The position numbers and the translations under genes are program-made. From the IMG/VR virus record IMGVR_UViG_3300031566_000024: a DNA stretch of 20,000 nucleotides; one strand, 5' to 3'. Each line of letters opens with the position of its first letter. The stretch's first letter is position 1. The notes under the pieces were generated by a model, which was given only the letters and a program-made list of their open reading frames with translations, had not been told where the DNA came from and did no database searches. Below, piece after piece: positions 16,162 to 20,000 of the stretch. This DNA is from an uncultured virus (IMG/VR IMGVR_UViG_3300031566_000024) (taxonomy: Duplodnaviria > Heunggongvirae > Uroviricota > Caudoviricetes).

Positions 16162-16806
16162 ATGATTGAAAAGAAAAAAAGAGTGACACGAAAAGAAACC
16201 AAAGTCAGATCCTTACAAATATGTAAGGATCTTATTGGTGATAAGGTATACAAAGAGTTAAAGGCTGCAGGTTTAGAACCGCGAGAAATTAAATTTTGTG
16301 CAATATATACACATACACTTGATGTTGTAGAGGCGTACCAGCAGTATAGTTTGCGGGGTGTGACAGAAAAAACAGCGTATCAATCGGGTAATGCATTATT
16401 ACAGATACAGCATATTAAGAAAGCAATTAACATGTTAATTAATAGAGCGTTTGATGCACTGAAACCAATATTGAAAAAAGAAATTATCGAAACTCTTCGA
16501 CTACGCGCCTTTTATGACGTCGCTGCATTTGTGAATGAGGATGGTACAGCAAAGAAAATCAATGAAATAGACAAGTCATTAAGGAAGTCTGTCATTGACG
16601 GTGTAGAGCGCAAGCATTACGGAAAAGATGGTAACGAGATCGAAACTGTGTTGAAGCTGGCAAATAGAGATAAGGCACTGACTGAGATCATAGCCATTAT
16701 AAATTTGATAAATAAAGTAGAAAATAACACTGTAATAGGCATTAACGCAGAAGCACAAAAGACATTAATAAATATTTTCAGTGCGCGGAAAGATAATAAT
16801 GAATGA
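16162..16806 (+). CDS. terS: Terminase small subunit
   Basis: LEPREIKFCAIY...AYQ...TAYQSGNALL HTH-like N-terminus and LKLANRDKAL segment; directly upstream of terL. Confidence 0.78.
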   Translation: MIEKKKRVTRKETKVRSLQICKDLIGDKVYKELKAAGLEPREIKFCAIYTHTLDVVEAYQQYSLRGVTEKTAYQSGNALLQIQHIKKAINMLINRAFDALKPILKKEIIETLRLRAFYDVAAFVNEDGTAKKINEIDKSLRKSVIDGVERKHYGKDGNEIETVLKLANRDKALTEIIAIINLINKVENNTVIGINAEAQKTLINIFSARKDNNE

Positions 16807-18103
16807 TGATGTACTTGAAGCAATAGACCTTGAATACATTCGAGATAATCCATATGTATTAGGCCATTTGGCAGGGTTCACAAAACTTACACCCCTACAT
16901 TCGGAGTGGATTAAGTATATTTGGAATCCTCAACAAGAAAAAAGAGCTTTACAGGCCCACCGCTATAGTTACAAAACCACAGCGATAATAGTAATTGGTG
17001 TAATATATTGGCTTCTTTTTCATCCTAACGCTACAATAGGTATTGTTAGAAAAACCGTGACAGACGCGCAAGAATGTCTTAGAAATATATCCACACTGAT
17101 GCAAAAGGACGAATTCAAAGCAATTTTTTTGAAAGCACACGGCATAACGCCCCGACTGGAAGAGGATAACGCCAACACATTAAGATTTAATTTCAAAGAA
17201 ACCGTCACCAGGGAAGGCTCTGTAAATGCCTACGGCATCAAGACAGGCGCAACCGGGAAACATGTCGATGCCGCTATATGTGATGATTTTGTAACGATCG
17301 ATGATAAAATTAGTGTGGCAGAAAGAAAAAGAACTGCTGCAATGATGGAAGAATTGATTATCAATGTACTTAATCCGGCAGGTCTTATAGGGTTCATTGG
17401 TACGCCCTGGCATCGTAACGACTGTTGGAGTTTGAAAGCCATACCGGAACCGAAACAATGGGATGTGAACAGTACAGACATATTGACAGAAGTGGAAAAA
17501 GCGGATAAACGAAAAAACACAACGGCTATCACATGGGCGGCTAATTACCTATTGAAGCACGTATCCAGCGAAGACGCGTTGTTTAAAAATCCTCATTATG
17601 CAAAATGGCAATACCAGCACAAAAAAGCAATAGGGCATATAGACAAAGCGTATAGCGGCAATGACACAACGGCTATTACATTTTGTGAGAAGAAACCAGA
17701 TGGTAGATACCAGGTTATAGGGCTGGTGTTTACTGCAAATATAAAAGATAAATGGGATTTTATCTTACAGAAATACAAACAGTTTTATGTAGGCACTGTG
17801 CACACTGAGAACAATGATGATAAAGGTTTTGCAACCGATGAACTACGAAAGAAAGGAATTCTTGCAAGCGACTATCACGAGCACATGAACAAGCATGTCA
17901 AAATACAAACCTACTTACTTGAAAATGGCTTCTTTGATTTGATTGATTTTGATATTGAATTATCAGATCCGGAATATATCACACAGGTACTTGATTATGT
18001 AGAGAATTCCACACCTGATGACGCGCCGGATTCGCTTGCATGCATTGGCCGTATTCTAATAGGCAAAGATGCACAGTTTATTGAGCGTTGGAAAAATAAA
18101 TAA
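16799..18103 (+). CDS. terL: Terminase large subunit
   Basis: Walker A-like AHRYSYKTT, TGKHVDAAICDD (Walker B), IGTPWH coupling motif, RNase H-fold nuclease GHIDKA...DDAPDS. Confidence 0.9.
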   Translation: MNDDVLEAIDLEYIRDNPYVLGHLAGFTKLTPLHSEWIKYIWNPQQEKRALQAHRYSYKTTAIIVIGVIYWLLFHPNATIGIVRKTVTDAQECLRNISTLMQKDEFKAIFLKAHGITPRLEEDNANTLRFNFKETVTREGSVNAYGIKTGATGKHVDAAICDDFVTIDDKISVAERKRTAAMMEELIINVLNPAGLIGFIGTPWHRNDCWSLKAIPEPKQWDVNSTDILTEVEKADKRKNTTAITWAANYLLKHVSSEDALFKNPHYAKWQYQHKKAIGHIDKAYSGNDTTAITFCEKKPDGRYQVIGLVFTANIKDKWDFILQKYKQFYVGTVHTENNDDKGFATDELRKKGILASDYHEHMNKHVKIQTYLLENGFFDLIDFDIELSDPEYITQVLDYVENSTPDDAPDSLACIGRILIGKDAQFIERWKNK

Positions 18104-18111
18104 AGTTTTTG

Positions 18112-18140
18112 TTGACAAGGATAAGAAAATATAGTATCAA
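18112..18140 (+). promoter_or_regulatory. sigma70-type promoter candidate
   Basis: TTGACA (18112-18117), 17-nt spacer, TATCAA, in the intergenic gap after terL. Confidence 0.5.
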
Positions 18141-18158
18141 TATAGAAAAGGAAAGCGG

Positions 18159-18440
18159 ATGAATAGAAACGAAAAATTGTTAAAAATATTAAAGTATAAA
18201 GGTACAGCCACACAAATTTTAAAATTTTGTGAAGAGGCTGCCGAAGCCATACAGGCAGTAGCAAAGGCGGACCGGGAAAAGATTATTGAAGAATTTGCCG
18301 ACTTGGAAAACCTAAAAGCACAAATACAAATTATGTATACAATTACAAGTAAAGAGATCCGAGACATGCAAGACAAAAAAATAACCCGGCAATTGGACCG
18401 GATCAAAAAAGAAAAGGATGGTAGGAATGAAAAAAGATAA
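18159..18440 (+). CDS. MazG-like nucleotide pyrophosphohydrolase
   Basis: QILKFCEEAAEAIQAVAK...IIEEFADL (EExxE...EExxD) all-alpha motif. Confidence 0.78.
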   Translation: MNRNEKLLKILKYKGTATQILKFCEEAAEAIQAVAKADREKIIEEFADLENLKAQIQIMYTITSKEIRDMQDKKITRQLDRIKKEKDGRNEKR

Positions 18441-18711
18441 GTTTGAAAAAAAATGTAATGATTGGTTTAAACGATGTACAGATGATTTGGGGATTAATTC
18501 GCAATATGTGGCTTTAATACAAAATCCTGATTTTTTATACGCTGCATATGTGGAAGAGATTAAAAAAGGATTAAAAGATTTTACTGTGCACATGGAAAAA
18601 GAAGTCGGAGCAGCAATAACACGAGCCGCGGCTATACATGATTCTAAGGAGCAGATAAATATTTTAATAAAAAAACTGATAAAATCAAAAAGGAAAGAAG
18701 GTGCAAAATGA
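18427..18711 (+). CDS. Hypothetical protein
   Basis: Overlaps both neighbours and has phage-like composition; start may be 18418 or 18427. Confidence 0.6.
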   Translation: MKKDKFEKKCNDWFKRCTDDLGINSQYVALIQNPDFLYAAYVEEIKKGLKDFTVHMEKEVGAAITRAAAIHDSKEQINILIKKLIKSKRKEGAK

Positions 18712-20000
18712 ATACAGTACGGCATATATATTTTCAAAATATAGAAATTGCGGTGAGTAGTTCAGATGTATGTTCTTATACGTGTGGTGGTTCTAAGTGG
18801 GTATCCTATGATATATGGCTGGCTGTGAAGAACATTAGAAAGATTACTTATTGTCAAACCGAAAGAGATAGAGCGTGGTTATCATACAAAGGATATAATT
18901 TTTTAGCTGTGGAAGCTGCTACACAGTCTAACAATATTGTACGTTACAAAAATGACATTGGTATTTACCACAAAGAGTGGATCACTCTAAAAGGTTGTTT
19001 GGACTATATAGACATGGTAGAAAAGAAAAAACAGGAGAATAGAATATTACCCACTACTGTAAGAATAGACGGTGCCATAAAATGCAATATAAAAGCTTCT
19101 GTATCGAAAGACGTAAAAGAAAAACTAGAAGATCTTAAATCATATGTAACAACTTATTGTGGATATGTAATAAGAGATTGTGATCCCGCATTACATAATG
19201 GAAATAATTTTTATGTTGATGGTACAGAGTGTACAGACGATGTTAAGCCGTATTTGGGTACCATCTATTATGAAAAGATGATCGATGTAAAAAATAGCAT
19301 TGATCAGCGCAGAAAGTTACAGGAAGAGATGAAAAAAGAACATACTGACAAAACGAATACAGTACGGCATATATATTTTCAAAATATAGAAATTGCAGTG
19401 GATTGTTTAGGTCGTTGTAGGTATAAGAATGATGGTATATATCATGCCTCTTATAATATATTGGCGGCTATAAAAATTATTAAAAGTTTGGATCTTATGC
19501 CCTGGGCTGGTCCTAGAAATTTTATAACGTATAAAGGTTATACATGTACAATTAAGAATTTTCGATTTGTATATCAAGATGATGCAGGTATACTTTGGAA
19601 AGAGTGGGATAATATAAATGATTTTTTGGACTATATAGACATGGTAGAAAAGGAAAAACAAGAAAAAAGAACAGTAAACGAACATACTACCGTATACAAA
19701 AAAGAGGCCCTAAGAAAATCAAGACCTTCACCAGATGTTTTTGTGTTCAAAACATCTGGTGAAGGCAATATAAGAATGTATAAGGGACGTGTGATAAGTA
19801 AAGCCAGACGCGACGACACAACAGGATATTACCAAGTCAAATGTTTTCATAGGAAGACAAAAAATGCAAAAATGTTTACGCTAATTACTACGGAAAAAGT
19901 ATATCCATCTACCCCGGAACTTGAAAAAGAGTATAATTTCTATTTGGAACGTGTATGTTATATGCAGGAACAAATTAACCGATTAATTAAAAAACTAAAT
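18708..20000 (+). CDS. Hypothetical protein with internal ~100-aa duplication, truncated by window end (>431 aa)
   Basis: Absent from ORF track. ATG 18708 (ATGA overlap) is open to the edge; NTVRHIYFQNIEIAV...LDYIDMVEK occurs twice. Confidence 0.8.
   Translation, partial: MNTVRHIYFQNIEIAVSSSDVCSYTCGGSKWVSYDIWLAVKNIRKITYCQTERDRAWLSYKGYNFLAVEAATQSNNIVRYKNDIGIYHKEWITLKGCLDYIDMVEKKKQENRILPTTVRIDGAIKCNIKASVSKDVKEKLEDLKSYVTTYCGYVIRDCDPALHNGNNFYVDGTECTDDVKPYLGTIYYEKMIDVKNSIDQRRKLQEEMKKEHTDKTNTVRHIYFQNIEIAVDCLGRCRYKNDGIYHASYNILAAIKIIKSLDLMPWAGPRNFITYKGYTCTIKNFRFVYQDDAGILWKEWDNINDFLDYIDMVEKEKQEKRTVNEHTTVYKKEALRKSRPSPDVFVFKTSGEGNIRMYKGRVISKARRDDTTGYYQVKCFHRKTKNAKMFTLITTEKVYPSTPELEKEYNFYLERVCYMQEQINRLIKKLN
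18710..19652 (+). repeat. Two pairs of exact direct repeats bounding diverged domains
   Basis: 42 bp identical at 18710-18751 and 19355-19396; 28 bp identical at 18998-19025 and 19625-19652. Confidence 0.9.

Noticed and set aside
4299..18103. Stop-codon reassignment, inteins or introns in replication and terminase genes
   Set aside because: Genes are full length under the standard code, TAA, TGA and TAG all serve as stops, and no intein or intron-sized insertions are evident.
18710..19652. DGR template/variable repeat pair or CRISPR mini-array
   Set aside because: Differences are not adenine-specific and include indels; no RT or cas genes; repeats are in-frame coding sequence separated by hundreds of bases.

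Overview
AT-rich tailed-phage (Caudoviricetes-type) segment carrying a dense DNA replication, recombination and packaging module. A truncated SF2 (UvsW-like) helicase on the minus strand diverges from a plus-strand run: wHTH replication-initiator-like protein, a ~1.6 kb mostly non-coding island, DnaB-like helicase, beta-clamp-like protein, UDG-domain/PolA fusion, DnaX-like clamp loader, UvsY-like protein, gp32-like SSB, HTH protein, RecA, PD-(D/E)xK resolvase, a split Rad50/SbcC around Mre11/SbcD, small and large terminase, MazG-like protein and a long internally repeated ORF that runs off the end. The most unusual part is the island at ~2660-4290. One sigma70-type promoter precedes a large, probably pseudoknotted RNA, a rod-like RNA, two aberrant tRNA-like elements with proline-type acceptor ends, one canonical tRNA-Glu, a second structured RNA and three terminator-like hairpins just before the helicase. 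Protein calls rest on motifs recognised by eye and RNA folds were paired by hand; no database search or folding computation was run.
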